Shown: one piece after another, positions 37,792 through 52,800 of the stretch | Layout of the letters: every line of letters begins with the position of its first letter | How positions within the stretch are numbered: the stretch's first letter is position 1 | Assembly (NCBI GenBank): GCA_040954595.2 | Contig: CM082577.2 | Coordinates: 8,457,846-8,521,845 of the forward strand | Reading direction: 5' to 3' | Length of the DNA: 64,000 nucleotides | Source of the DNA: Balanoglossus misakiensis | Taxonomy: Eukaryota > Animalia > Hemichordata | Notes under the pieces: generated by a model | What the model saw: only the letters and a program-made list of their open reading frames with translations | What the model was told of the DNA's origin: nothing | Database searches by the model: none | Position numbers and translations under genes: made by a program

Positions 37792-40700
37792 TTATGTGCG
37801 AGCCAAGCCATACGCCAGGGAGTTGGCGACCATGCCTGTCTGCTTTTTCACCTGGTTTTCCCGCCGTTTGTGGAAATCGTTTGCGTTCATTGAGTAGTCG
37901 GACGTCCCTTCGGTGGGGTACTCCTGCAGCGATTTTTGCTGAAATTGATGAAAAATGAAGAATGATGAAAATATATCCACAAATTTTGATCGCAAAATTT
38001 GATCTGAAGTTGACCTTTGAGATATTTTGCGTCTGATAGTGATTTTGTCAGATGTCTGTCACAAAGGTGCAACGTACTACACACTTTATAGTATCCCCTG
38101 ATTTTCCCTGTGCAGTGTGTCTAATTGTAATTTGTAATGTTACACATGCTGTCAACAGAAAACGCAGCTGTACAATATTTTCATAAACACAGATTTGGAA
38201 ACTGAGCCATGTTCAGCACAGACAAACAACAAACAAACAGACATCGACTTTCTGAAAGTATCATGAAGCCCCCCTCCCCCCAAGTCTAAGTTATTGAAAC
38301 TCAGTATTCTCTTTTGACTGTTGTCGTGAAGTCAACTCAAAAGAGATCACATATACTGTGATCATGGTGATTGACACGCATGTGTGGGTCTGTTTACATG
38401 AGAGTATGCCATACGACCAACTTTCTCAAATTACACCCGTTTTCAGACAAATAGTGCATTGAGAAGGGTGGCACTGTAATCATAGATTTTTGACCCAATG
38501 ATTTTTTTTTATATAAATTCATTGTAACAGTAAAGTCTGCACCTGGTTATGTCTGCACCTGGTTACGCTGTGAATGATCGTTGTGCTTGTAGCGCATCAC
38601 GACAACTGGTAAAAGCCAGACAGGTCAGGTTCTGTACACAGTGTTTAATCTTTCCAAGCCACAATATTGATCATTCAATTAGAGTAACCAGATACAGATG
38701 TTTGTAATATTACCGACCTTCTCAAATTAAACCATGCAATCCTAAATATATCCATGGCATTTACAAAAAAAACATGGTTACATTTAGCGCACTGGGAAGG
38801 ACCTCGTCAACACAAACCATGCAAATCAATGCATATCTGACTGTCAAATTTCAAATTGTGTGTACAGACAGTCAGAAGAAAATTTTTGGCAGACTGTGTC
38901 TATTAATTAAAATCATTCTGTTATTAAGCAGGCCCTGGCACAAGCCATATACAAAGTGGTTAGGGAACTACTTTATTTTTAGCAAATAACAACTCGCAAA
39001 GAAGACTCAGAATTCTGCACATGTTCAACATATTTCCAAATATGTGGCATGGCCATATATGCCTCCAAACTTTTCAATTTGTGTAAGGAGTCTTTTTTAA
39101 TACAAAGTGAAAAAAATCACATTTGCCACATATGGGATTTTTTTAATAGAAAATAATCACAGAGTTTATTTTAAAAACTGACGTTACTGATGTCAGTATT
39201 CAGCATTTCTGTAACAATGATCACAAACAGCTGAGGAGATAGCAATCAACAGGTGTTTGATTATTTTTTCTGACAAACGAGAAAAAAAGTGACAAATTGT
39301 TGCCAACCCATTATTGTTATCAGTTCCACCAAGACAACACTGATATTCAGAATTGTCAATGAGACTAGGCAGGGAGGTTTCAAAGTCTGGTTGCTATGTG
39401 TGTTCATTACTTCTTATCTGTCCTGTTGCTAGGCACACGTTCATGTCTACTGTCTCAGCCTCAGGAAGAGTCTCACCACACACACAACATACACGCGCAA
39501 GCATGCGCACACATGCACAAGGTGACTCTCTAAGAATGTCAAGTTCCTTACTGTTCAAGTTCACGACTCATGAGCCCCACCCAGACCCAAGAGTTTTAAA
39601 TTCACCTGGAAATAGCCATGAATTAACTGTGGCATGAGATGTCGAAAAATAAATAGATTTAGATTGATCATCATTGATTGACATTGAAATGTACATTGAT
39701 CTTCATACTGATTGTAATACTCTGTGGCCAACACTGAAATTCAAATACAATGTAGTTGTAACTGACCATTGTTTGGTGGCAACATGCATTAACAATATTT
39801 ACCTGCCCGAGGGGGGGGGGGGTAAACTAGCAAGTTGCTAGTGTTGACTGATATTCAACATTACCTCACAATGCATGGCCAGACTACAATTGGCCATCTG
39901 GAAACTGGATGCATAACACCTGGGTTAACACCAGGTGTCATGGTCCAGGATGGATTGTACACACACTTACAAACTACCAGCCTACCAGTCAAAAAGGCCA
40001 TAGACCCTGGAGCAAGAAATTTCAGCTTTGTCTCAAGCTGTTCAAATAATACTCTTCTTCCACGCACGATGTCACTCAATGTACACCAACCCCGTCCCCC
40101 GCTGGACAGAAAAATAATCTTACCAGTTTTTGCCCCATATTTGCTATCTGGCTTTGGACATCAAACCGCCAGTTCTAGAAGAAGAAAAAAAATAGTGGAA
40201 AAGCAACAGCGAATTTAGTGTTATTCAACTGGTTTGGTAGTGTTTTCTTTAACATGTATACATTAGGACTCAAACAAACACTGTAATCCTCAAAACTGAG
40301 TCGTGAGCAAACTGTGTCGGTTGTCTAGATACACTCCTTAACTAGTTTGAAGTACTGAACAAGTAAAAACCAAATTTAGGTATGTTTTCAACCGCATTTG
40401 TTTCTTCTGAATTGAAATAGCAATAACGACTGTACACCTCTGGATGATAGAGGAATTTCCCAATTGAATAAAATCCACGGTTTCCGTCATTTCCCTAGCG
40501 ACCGAAACACAAAAAAAGGTGCAGCATTAAAATTGCATGAATCGGCTTTCTTGAAAGAGCTTTTCACGGCCGGTGAATTTTACACTCGCGACTTAACAGA
40601 GGATACATCTCCGACCAAAACTGTGAAATATTAATGGAAAGGGGACTATGGAGTTATTAAGAATTTATTGCGCCGGTTGTTAGGGTGTGCAGTCTAGAAT

Positions 40701-41627
40701 ATTCAGGCGGCCTGCCTGCTGGTTGACGGAGCGACGTCGGTTGCCTGGGACTCGTTTCCAGGCACCGGTTGTCGAAACTCTTTTCTCCCTCGAGCGCCCG
40801 ACTTTAGTCAATTGATTTCAAATCGATGGGGCTCCTTGTTTTACACACCGAGTGGATTAACACCGAATTAAACATTAAACGATTCCAGTGCTCATTCTTC
40901 GCAGGCGATCTATAACTTTATTTTACTTTATCCAGTCTTTCGGAACGCGCAACTGTTTACCGTTGCAGCAATCAATAAACCACCTGTCAATATCGGGACA
41001 AGAGTGGCGGCTTTTCCTGTCAGATCCTGATCACTGAAAGTGATTTATCACAAATGTATAAGCACACTTCATATTGTCATACTGTGGGTTTTTTTCATAA
41101 GTGATCTGACACTCTCTTACAGTTCCAATAAAATATATAATACGTCGCGCATGCCAGAAAAAGCAAATATAGCCGTGTTTGATCTCACTAATCACAGGCC
41201 TAAAAACAATTATAAATATGTACTTTTGCAAGTAAAAAGTTATTAGTGCAATGTCTCAGCTATAACTAAATTAATTAGGCCTTACTCGTAGAATGTCACA
41301 TAGACGAAGCTGTGAGACCGCACTGATCTGTGACTTAAAAGTTGAACGGGAACTGACATTATTCTACGCCTTTAGAAAGCTGGTGACAAGTGACAATCTG
41401 ACATTCGCGACAGTTTTGTTGTCACTGGCTGTTTCCCTCACCTCATATGGGTTGACATCGCGCTGTTGTCGTCTTTCCATGTTCCATTCCTGCACCAGCG
41501 TCCACTGCTCGGGAACCCTGGCGTCCCCGCTCAGCTGTATGGGCGTCAGTCCGAGGGTGCTGCTGGAGCACGAACCGCCGGGCTCCTGTGGACTTCCACC
41601 GGGCCCGCCGCCGCCGATTCCCGCCAT
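37792..41627 (-). CDS. Uncharacterised small two-exon protein (~105-110 aa)
   Basis: Exon 1 41627-41442 has a strong ACAATGG context, GC/CpG-rich codons and donor GAG|GTGAGG. Exon 2 37938 (or 37923)-37792 follows a pyrimidine tract plus CAG, is in phase 0, is a GC-rich island in AT-rich DNA and ends in TAA. Product: MAGIGGGGPGGSPQEPGGSCSSSTLGLTPIQLSGDARVPEQWTLVQEWNMERRQQRDVNPYE-QKSLQEYPTEGTSDYSMNANDFHKRRENQVKKQTGMVANSLAYGLART*. Additional internal exons are not excluded. Confidence 0.65.
40740..40778. promoter_or_regulatory. Three tandem RFX X-box-like motifs in a CpG-rich intronic patch
   Basis: GTTGCCTGGGAC (40740), GTTTCCAGGCAC (40754), GTTGTCGAAAC (40768), with starts spaced 14 bp apart. 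Confidence 0.45.
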
Positions 41628-43813
41628 TGTCGACACCGATCTCAAGTCAAACAGCAGCCGCCGATTGCAAATGCCGTACAGGAATGTCACAGCCCCGACA
41701 ATCTAGGCAACATCGAAAGGCAAGTCAACCCCGCCGACACTGCACCGCCGCCCCGCCAAACAAGCAACTTACAGCCTGTACTGTTTAAAACACACAGGTG
41801 GTCGACTGCGCGACGCTCCCGACACGTTGTTATGGTGATGGCCCTGCTACTAACGGGACCTATTAAAGAGGTAAATATTTGCATAACAATACAGTGTGAA
41901 AACTCGCCGGACGTTGCAGGACGGGTTAATCCAATTCGAGCTCTTGTGGCAATGGGTAATTAAACCTATAAAAACGACCAATAAAGAAGACCGCGATTGC
42001 CCTACGCAGACTTCATTTAATTGATTGAATTTATCTCCTGCGTCTTCTCATTGCTCTAAACAGTTGGTTTATTTATTTAATTTATTGTAAATTTCAAGAC
42101 CATATAAACACAAAACACAGTGCATCGATCTATAATTTCTCATCGTTCTTTTGAGGTTAATAAAATATGAAATACATAAAAGTAGATAAACCAATCGCCA
42201 GAAGATGGTACAAGCCTACTTTCTACTGTCTTCACTCAAATTTTTCAGTAAAATAACCTTGAACTAAAGCAACTGAAAACTGTTGTAGCGAGTCTCCATA
42301 TCTGAATAGATTTCGAATATATACTAAAAGGTCATTATCCTAATTGACAAATAGCTACAGGCTTGCACACTTATTTTTTTGTTATCTTTTTTTAATCAGT
42401 ATTGTCTTTCCTCTACATGAAATTACATTTCCCGCTTTAATTTCCTGTGAGAAATTATTAAACAAGCAATAAAAGGCCCCTTTTTTGCAATTTTCTGTAT
42501 GGATATTAAGTGTTTGCTGAGCGTGCAGTTGTAAATGCCTATTCTACACCCACCGATTCAATTCATTTCAATTACAATGGTCAATTCTGCTTGATTAGTT
42601 TTCATTCTCATGATTCACTACACACAGTTTGGGCTGATCAACAAGTGGTGTTGAATTCATCATCACCATTGTAATCATAGTCAAGTGTAGAATTATCACG
42701 AAGCATTTTATATTCATACTCCATGTCTTTTTTTAAAAAAAGATATGGCAATATTAGTAACAGCCTCAGCAAAGTCCATAATGGGTGATGTCAGTGGTTC
42801 CATGTCAGGTGAAAAACCTCAATACTTGTTAGGTTGGGGTTCAGGTGGCCGGCGGCACCCCCAAAAGGTTTCATCATAAAAATAAACACAAAGAAATGTT
42901 AATATTAACAACAAACTTTATTATCATAATAAATGTTATAACAACAACTTTGAAATAGCATAGAAGATTTTTTGTTTTGTGTGTAAAAACAGAATTTACA
43001 GCGGAAAAGTTTTGAACTGGCCCAATAAGAATGGTGGCTGCGTTTCCTCTGATGTACAGATCATCATTGTAATGTTCACAATTTTATTTTGTCAGGAAGT
43101 TACAGCTACAGTTGTTTGTAATGTTTGCTTCTGAGCTTGGTTATGATAAACACTTTGTGAAGTCATAGTTGGGCACAATCATTTTCAGAAATAATTTGTC
43201 CTTACTGGGAAAACATTTCTGATGTAATAAATGCTGTATAGCTTGGTAGGGTTATTTTGTTTGTTTTGAAATTCCAACAGTGAGAGGAACACATCATGGT
43301 AATGCATAACAGTGTCATTATTCAATAGCTGAAACTGACAACTTACATTCTTTTTATTTTCAAAAGTTGACCAGAACAAGAATTAGAGTGCCACAGACAA
43401 TTGCGTGAATTATAAAAATACAGAATTTCATTGGAATCAGTCAGACTCTGATTAAATATACATTATATATAACATATTTACAGAAATGCAAAGAATCGTC
43501 ATTTTTTTCTTCTCTTTCTCGGTGTTGTCTTTGATTCTTTTTGTACAAAATCTCCAAGAAGAAGTGATCTGCACAGGACGGAATGTTATAAATTGTAAAC
43601 ATAAAACGCACAGCATCAAGTCAGTGCAGTATTAAGACAGTTCATCGAACACACAGTTTTATTATTCACAGCTTCAAAAAGAGGTTTACACATCTGTGTG
43701 AAAGACACACAAGATCAACACAGTTTCTGAAGTTCACTTTGTTTTGTTCCATTTCTATGTTTGGATTTTAAAAAAAAATGACACCCACATAGAAATTTGC
43801 ATGTTAAAGTCTT

Positions 43814-46800
43814 TTACACCTGCAGAATGAGAGACACGCCACCAAGAGTCCACTTGGCGGCCTTCTCTCTCGTCTTCAAGTTGAAGGTCCACACGTAGGT
43901 GGGACCGCGATCTTTGGTCTTGTAGACTGGGCATTCGTAGATGTTCCTGGTTTCCATCTTATCCACTGGAATAGCCTTGATGAAGATGACGGGCATGGCC
44001 GGGGTCAGCTCCTTCAGTCGGGATTCGCCGAGCATACCTGTCTGGATGTCCCAGCGCGCTCCTTCCATGTACAGTCCGTGCACGTAGGAACCTTCACGCG
44101 GCGCCCCGCTGAAATCTTCTTTGTTCTTCTTGGTGACGTCGCACGACAGCGCCATCTTGTCCAGCGGCCACTCGTTCTTGCGCGCCGTGGACTGCATGAT
44201 GGCGGTGAGGAAGGACTGGGGGTTGAAGAGGCCGGCCAGCCACACCACGTTGGGCAGCGCAAAGTCCGACGTCCACTGCTCGAGTTCTCGGATACGTTGC
44301 ATGAGATCGGAGAACCAGGCGGTGAAGCCGAAGGTGCTCGGGTAGGCGCGCTTCTGCCAGGACGGTGGGATCTGATCTAAGAACAATGCGTTGCTGAGGT
44401 CTTCCATGCCGGCTGTGATGGTCAACTCACCCTGTGGATTAGCAAGCAGCAAATGTGGACAGCATTAGAAGTAGAATCGGAATTACACAAAATCTCCGGT
44501 GACATTGTATTTTTTAATACACTAATTTACCCTGGGATGATTTGTCATGTACATGTACTGTCTCTGCTGTGTCATCCAACCAAAATATATATCATGAAAA
44601 ATCCGCAAATCATCAGTGAATGTACACACTTGAACCTGAAGCAATTCCTACCTTGAGACCTAGGTCAAGTTCCTTGAGTGACCTCTTCATCTCGTTGGTT
44701 AACCCGTTCATACGTTCGCACTCTTGCAAGGCCACTACAGTGTACGGTGTCTTCTCCTCGGTCTTGGCGAACAGCTCCACCATGTTGAATTCATCGGGCA
44801 GTTTCTCAAGGATCTCGTCCAGCAAGCCCTTCACCTGTAGGCATTGAAATTGGGGGGAGGCACATTACGGCTTTGAATATTTGTGATATCTTTTTACGTT
44901 TGAGTCAGTCGTATTTTAGTGATGAGGTTGAGTGCAAATATACACACTGAGAAAGAGGGAAGAATGAGTCAAAGGCACTCTGCAAGGTTTTCTGGAATGT
45001 TCGGTAATGTTCAAAGTGAGCCATTTATTTCAGATCGACTGAAAACACATACATAGAATGTGACAAATGGGAATTTCTGAATGACTGTCATAACTTTAGG
45101 ATTGGACAGCAGACGATCTTGCACACTTATCAGACTAACTCCAGCCTTGTGAAAATTTTGTCACTGCATAAGAAATATTGAAATGTCACTTTGACATTTC
45201 TGGTTCTGTTTAATTTTTTTGTTTTTGTTGTGTTTTATCTAAATATATTAAAGTGACTTTTAGTGAAGAAGAAGAAAAAAAGGTAGGAATATCATTTTTC
45301 TTACCTTTTCTTCGCGGGACACTCCACCGGCACCTGCACCTGAGTCTCGAGGTTGCATCTCCAACACAGTCCTGAAGAGTTTCTCGGAGGAGGCGGTCAA
45401 GAAACCGATTTCGGCGTTGGGGTGAAGACCGTAGAGGTAGGGGCTCTCCGGGGGCAGGATCTCGTCGATGTACTGGTGGTAGCCCTTGTAGTCGGAGTTG
45501 GGAGGCACCGGGAATCCCGGGGCCAGGTACAGCTCGCCGTCCAACATGTCCGGGTGCATGTACTCTTCCAGGTAGGTGCGGCACAGGCGTCTGTCCCAGT
45601 CGTCGGTGATGTGTCCGCCGTACATGATCTCACCGAAGAGGTATCGCAGATCTTCCCAAGGAACCTGAGGGGATTGACGACGACAGTCAAGAATGTTAGG
45701 ATTCCTCGCTCATTGATCAGATATGTTTCAGTGCGATTTGAACAGAACGACTGACTCTCTGTGTGTCTGTACAGAAACTGACATGGTCTTATTGGGTAAT
45801 AGCTTGGGGTTCAGAACTCCTATACTCATGACCATCAAATTATCATAAATACCAAGTCCTATGTAGAGATGACAAGCTGAATCTAATCAGAAGTGCATGT
45901 CATGTCTGATATTGAAATTGCATATATTGAACAAAACAACCAGATTCTCCGATTCCCACAGTAATATTTTAAATTTTTTTTAATTTCAATATTACGAGAT
46001 GTGTTTCAGAGGCTGTGCCATAACAGACTATAGGGGGCCCACTGATCTGTAGCAGGACAGACAGGAGTTATATACAGCAGACTGTAAACCCTAGCAGAAA
46101 GGGACTCACTCACCTTAGCGTTCGCTTCCAGGTAGTTGTACAGCACGTTCACCGAGATGGTCAAATCGCCCGTGTTGAACGGGTAGGACCTGTTCCAGCC
46201 CTGGGGGCCAAACTTTCGCCTCTCGGCCACCACGGCGTGGAAGTAGCAGAGGGAGAAGAGGATGCTCTTGAACTCCACCTCGCGGGCGCACATCTCCAGC
46301 GTGTCCTGGTTGAAGTTGTCCAACGCCTTGTGCAGGTTGGCGAACATGCCCGTGGGCGGCTCGTTGGTGATCTTGATGGCCGACTCCAGGATGCCCTGCG
46401 GAATGATGTGGGAATCTGGGGAGGGTGCCGGTTCGGCGCTGATGAAGACGCGGTAGTCGTCGTGGCTACCCTCGCTGTAGGCCTCGATCTTCTTCTCAAG
46501 GGTGCTCAGCCATTTGGCCACCAAGTGAATGTTCTGCACACGGGCGAAAAAAAAATGTACATATAAAAATACCGTAACTATGTGAATCACACGTGAATGA
46601 AAATGCCTGGTGGCTACTAGTATTTACTTAATATCTATTCTGCAGTTAAACTTAATAATAGGCTTGTAACCCCTTTCACTGCCTCAATATGTTCCAATGA
46701 AATGCGTGGACCAATATACAGGGAACAGGCCTCGATAATTCCTATCGCCCGACACCTGTGACAAGTGTAGTTTTAGCCCGGACAAGTGAAAAATAAAAGT

Positions 46801-49800
46801 CTCTTGTCTGAAAAAAACCCAACTAGCTGTCCTCTTTTCAAGCAAAGTATTTCACCGAGGAAACTGCCGCACAAACTTCTGTTTGACTCTGCGTACCTGA
46901 AGCACCACCCAGTGGCCCTCTTTGGCAGCCAGGTCCATGCACTGCTCGGCTACGATTTCCTGTCCCTGGCCGAGGGACACGTTGTGGAAGTTGTTGTTGT
47001 TCATGGCGAAGCCCAGCTTGCGGCCCTGGGCCTCCACGTCCTTCAGCGGATCTACACCAGGGGATAAGATGAAGAACACCGGCGTTGCGGGTCCTGTCTC
47101 TTCGAAGGATTCCGAGAACGGAATGTTACGAATCTCAACGTACTTGTTGCCCAGTTTTTCTTCGATGAAGTTTCTGCCCAAGGAAAGAAAAAGAGAGAGA
47201 GAAGATATTACAGGAATGGTTTAAGAATCAAGATGTAAAAATAAGATATTTTACTTTGGTGATGATTTACGGTGTGTGGACTACCTATTTTAGTGGGAAA
47301 TATGTTGACTTTTCATATCTGGTGATGTGTCTCACTGTTGTACACTGACAGACTGCTGATGATAAGACATCTTACCTGATCGCATACGTCATACGGTCAG
47401 CTCGGAGGGCCCTCATCATGCACAGCTTCTGCAGGGCGGTCTTGTTCTTCCACTCCTGGGGGAACTTCTCCTTCTCGGGGCACTCACTCTCCACAAACTT
47501 CTTCCATCTCTTGGCCGAGCCCTCGATGTCACGGTCCAAGTTGCGGAACTCCTCCATGTTGGCAAGGGACTGAGGCACGGAGAGAAAACAACATCAATGG
47601 TGTTTTGTCAGAAAATCCTGAACATTAAGCAGGTTTTTTTTCCAGGGTGTGTGGCAGGGGGATTAAAGGCATTGCTTTGGGTCCATTGCTGTCAATGCTG
47701 TGTTTGAACCTTGTTACTAGGGGGATACAGAGTTATAAGAGTTGCTTTCCTTTTCCGTACGGTCATCAGGTACCAGAGAAATCAACAGGTTGGACTGTGA
47801 TTGGCGAAAACAAAAGTAATCCAAGATTTCGACACCGATGGCAGTACAGTACTTCAAATTTGAGTAGCACTGCAGCTAGCTGATTTACATTTTTTTTTTT
47901 AAAACGTTGTTCTTTACCTTGACGGCGCCCCATGAATAGTTGGACATGAAATCCACAGGACTGGTAACATTGGCCTGTGCTGGGAATCTTAACAAGAAGT
48001 CAAGTTCAACTGGATTGATTTCTTTCTTCATGACCAACACCTGAAAATGACAAAGAGTTGGGTTAAAACTTCCACTCTGTGGAGTAGGTTGAAAAAGATG
48101 ATATTTACACCATCAGATCGGGACTCCTGGTGTTGAGTGCCTTCAACTCAGAAGGGCAAAGTGCTAATTAATAAGCTTCTGTTTCCAATATGGCGAGATA
48201 CAGCATAGAATTCAATGTCGTTGATTCCAGTGGATGCAAAAAATGCCTCCTGCAGTGACACACACACACACACTCACACGGACACACCAAACAGACAGAC
48301 ATACACACACACACACACACACATACAGATACAGACGTACAGCCACAGACTACTTACCAGGAATGCCAACTGTGTGGTGAAGATGAGCTTGTCGGCCTCA
48401 AAGAGACCACGGCTGGTGTACATGAAGACGGAGTAGGTGATGGAGTCAATCAAGTTGGCCACTCTCTCTTTGACCTCTTCAGCGGGTTCGGCTCGCTCGA
48501 TGGCTTTGGCGAAGACGACGCTGAACGCCTGTTTTGGGAAAGCGCAAGGGGCAAAGGAAATATTGAACATCAGTTGGGGGAGTCTGTTTGAAAATCTACA
48601 AAGACAATGACCACGAGCTGAGAGGAAATGACCAATGGCTGAAATCCATGTTAGGTTAATGGATAGCGACAGTGACTCAAGGCTCATGGTTCTAGATGTA
48701 AAATGCTAAAAAATCTCTGCAGGGGAGCTAGGTAAATCATTGGCAGCATAAATTATTCTCAGTGCACCCTTATAGTAAAACAAGTCACTCACCTTCAGTG
48801 AGAACTGATAGATAGGATTGATTTTGTTGAGATCATTCAGGATGAAATAGATCAACGAAGCTCGCGCCGCGGCCGGGCGGTAATGTTCGCGAGCTTCATT
48901 GATCTTCACTTCGGTGTTCTTGGCCTCCTCGACTTTGACCTCAATCTCGGCGGCCGTGCGCTTGGTGGTCTCCAGGTTCTCCACCAGGGCGGTGTCGCCC
49001 AGGAAGTTGCCCTCGGCGGCCGAGAGGCGGGAGAGCAGGTTGTCCTCCAGCTCCTTCAGGATGATCTTGAAGTCGTTCTGCTGCTTGGTGAGGTCCGACT
49101 TGAGCTTCTCCAGGTCGGGCCTCTCCTTGGCCACCACGTCGGCCAGCAGCTGGTCTTCCAGACCGTCCCGGGTGACGGTGAAGTTGATGAGCGTGGTCTG
49201 GGCCTGCATCTCGGGTTTGTAGTGAGGGTTGGCCAGTTTGGTGTGGAGGATGAGACGGAACTCCTGGTTATACTCCACTTCCTTGTCACCGATCTTGATG
49301 TATCTGTGGATAGATATACGCAAAAAATGTCAGTCAAAAAAAAAAAATTTCTGTGAAGCAAAATTTGTGTTTTAAGGTTGAACGTGCTGCCTTAAAGTCC
49401 TCTCTTGAGAGATGTACGGTTATCTGGCTGACAAGATGTATGCACATCAGGTAGAGGGGAAAATATGTCACATTTTAACTCTGCTCGGCATACCTTCCTT
49501 TCTTGATGGTATTTCTGCCGAGCACAGGATCCAACACCGGGTCCATGTCCTCTTCCAGGTTCTCGATGAGCACGGTGTCGCCGGACGAGATGGCCCGCTC
49601 GATGACGTCCAGGTAGCCCCTCTGGCCGAGACGCACCAGTCGCAGGTCCTCCCCGTACTTCTTCTTGATCCACTTGACGCCCTGCAGCTGCGGGTCGATC
49701 ATCAGCGGCCAGCGCTCGCAGTTGGACAGGATGGTGGCGTTCTCGGTGGACATGCGGTCGCTCGGCAGTCCCTCGTTGTTCCATGATGCGATGGCTGCGT

Positions 49801-52800
49801 CGTCGGTCAGCAGGGTCAGCGGGTCCAGGTCTTCGGTGATCGGGATCGGCGTCTTCAGCCCCTTCAGGAAGACCAGCCACTTCTCGTCCATCAGCTCCAG
49901 ACGGTACGGTTTGGTGAAACAACCGGAATACGACACAAAGGCAGTGATGAGAAGCGTATCACCCGCTGCGTGAAAATTATTTTAAAAAAATCTCAGTTAG
50001 TTAGAGACAATAGCCACATATGGAACCATTTCTAAGCCAGCCCAAGCATTTATCATACAGTGTGAAAATGAAGATGAATTTCCACTGTTTTGGTTCAGTT
50101 GGAACTAATATGATTTATTGGGCCAATGGGGGAGGGGGGGGGGGGGTGCCAGTATGTCATTAAGCCTGCTTTGTCACATTTTAACACTTCAGAATGTTTT
50201 GTTATTAGTGGATGGAGGGGTTTTGCATTTTTTGTGCATATGTTTTAATTGTCCATACCCCCCAAATTCACTTGGTGCCACATATTATTGTATATCTCAT
50301 TATCTATAGAAACCACAGCATTGGGGTGCAGGGTGCTCATGGTTTATACGCAAAAGTGATTGAATCACACAGAATGGACTTACGTAGTGTCTTCTCTTGC
50401 TCCTTGAAGTTGGCGACAGACTCGGCCCAACGCACGTTCTCAGACGCCAGTCCGCCGACAAGCCTGTTGGCCAGCTCGATGGTCTTGGCTGTGGACTCCG
50501 CCTCTTGCTGGCACTTCAACTTGGCCGATGTAGCGGCCTCGAACTTGGCGGTCAGGTCCGCCAGGTTAGCGTCCAGCTCGGCGATCTTGGCCTTGATGGT
50601 GGCCAGCTTGTCCTGGGCCGCGGAGAGGTCCGCGTTGGCCTGGTTCAGGGCCAGCCTCTTGGGCTCCACGTCGCAGTACACTTCGTAGAACTTGACGATG
50701 TTGATGACCCACGAGCAGAGACCGGCGGCGGCCGCTGACTTGGTGCGGATGAAGTCGGGCTCGAACTCCGGGTTTTCCAGGTACGGTTTGATGGCCTTCA
50801 AGCAGTTCTCGTGGATGTTTTCTTTGTCGTATTTGATCAGCGATTCCAAGAAAGCATCCACCTTTCCCATAGTGACTTTGCCGGCTTTCCAGCTTCTGTC
50901 CTTGGGTACCTTGCCGTTCGGTGCCAACAGTACCATCACGCCAGCGACGACATTGACAACAGCCCCAGGTGGGGAGCCAAAGGACTTCAATTCAGTCAGA
51001 TTGTTCTGCAACGAGAAAACACAAAACACATGTTAGAACCAACTTTCTCAACAAATTCATTTTGTATCAAAAACAACAAAGCCGCTGTCTTGTCACCAGG
51101 GCCGGGTCAGAGTTCAAACATCACCATTTATTAAATTCTATATCAAATAACAAAATCTATAGAATACTATAATTGTAGAATTCTATAGAAGACTTTTTAG
51201 CAATGGATGTGTGAAGAATTTAGAAAACAGCTTCAGAATGGTGAGGATCAATCATCTAATGATGACATGATGGTGTTTATGGACCCCACGATCTGTACAC
51301 TCCCCCCCCCCCCCCACCCCGTTCAGGCTTTTAGGGATGTTATGAGGGAGGGTCCCCCACACTGTATCCACATACTGGCAAGCGTAGATGCAGTCGTAAC
51401 AGTTGCTCCTGATCCTCTCTGTGGACATGTGAATCTCACCTTATTCAGTGTGTTCAAAGCTTCCTGAGCGGCTATCAGGGCCGGTTCCGCCTTCGCCAAA
51501 TCTTCTTCGCAATCCCTCTGCTTCCTTCCGACTTCCTCAGCTATGACAGCAACTTTCTTCTCTTCCTCGTCGGCTATTGCCTTCTCTTTGCTGACCTTCT
51601 CCGTTTCCACGCCGACGATCTGGATCAGCTTGTCCGCATCCTCGTTCTTCTGCGTCAATTCAATTTCCTGCGCGGCAAGTTTCGCCTTCAGGTCGTCCAC
51701 CTGTTCACAAAATATTTTTTTTAAAAAATTTAAATTTATAGTTTTGCATATGTACACATTCACCAAGTGCTGGGGTTTGAGATACTTATCGCGTGACTGC
51801 TTCAGTGTACAGTGTCCATGGACCTCTGCAGCAGTCTATGCATGGATATGTCATGCTGGTGTGAGCCCATTTTCTAGATACAGTCACATCTGTGTTTAAG
51901 TTAGTGGCCACCCTCATAACAGTAGAAACCTGTCTAAATTTACAGTCCCTGTGCAATTCACACGTGCAGTAATGGACCAGTGCATAAAGGCCAATTTAGA
52001 CTGGACACCACAGACAGGGTTTGACTGTACTGGCAGTTTGTCCAGCATTTCTATTATACCTGTGAGGCTGTGCTCTGCAGTTTGGTGAGACCGTTCTCCA
52101 GACGCTCCATCTTCTGCAGCAGCTCCCGGTTCTTGGCGTTCAACAAGTTCTCGTACAGCTTGATCTGTTCCAGGAAACTTTTGGGGGTGGTGTAGTTGTA
52201 CCTCCTCTCGTTGGCCAGGTAGATTTTGCTGGTTTCGTTCACGCTGGTGTGAACAAAGGCCATGAACTGCGCCACTGATTCTTTCACATCCGCCTGTGTG
52301 TGTGTGTGTGAGGGATGGTGGAAAACGAAAAAGGTAGGAAATTTAATCTAAACTGATTAATGGACTGTTGTAGACTGTGTAATACAGGTATGTAAGAAAT
52401 TCAAGTCTTGACTAGGATGAGACAATTTTTTATTTTTTTCTCTCTTTATTAGGCCAATGACAACACGGCCCCATCAGGTGAAAAAAAACATTGTATGAAG
52501 GGAAAAACTGGATGGAACACCAAAGGTATATAGTTTGAAAGTTTCCTAAATTAACGATATAGCTGAAGTTCATGTCACAACGCACCAACTGTGACGCCGA
52601 TAGTATTATTATTAAAAGAAGACAAGAAAGATTCGTACTCATTCTGGCTACAGAGTGCATTATTTGGCTGAAAAATTTTGGGTCGGTTGAAACAAAATTA
52701 TTTTCTTGTCAATGTCAAGGCCAAATAAATTCTGGTTGGTCAGCTTCAGTCCCCGTGAATATATATTCACCTGCTACTGGTGACACGAACACAGAACACC

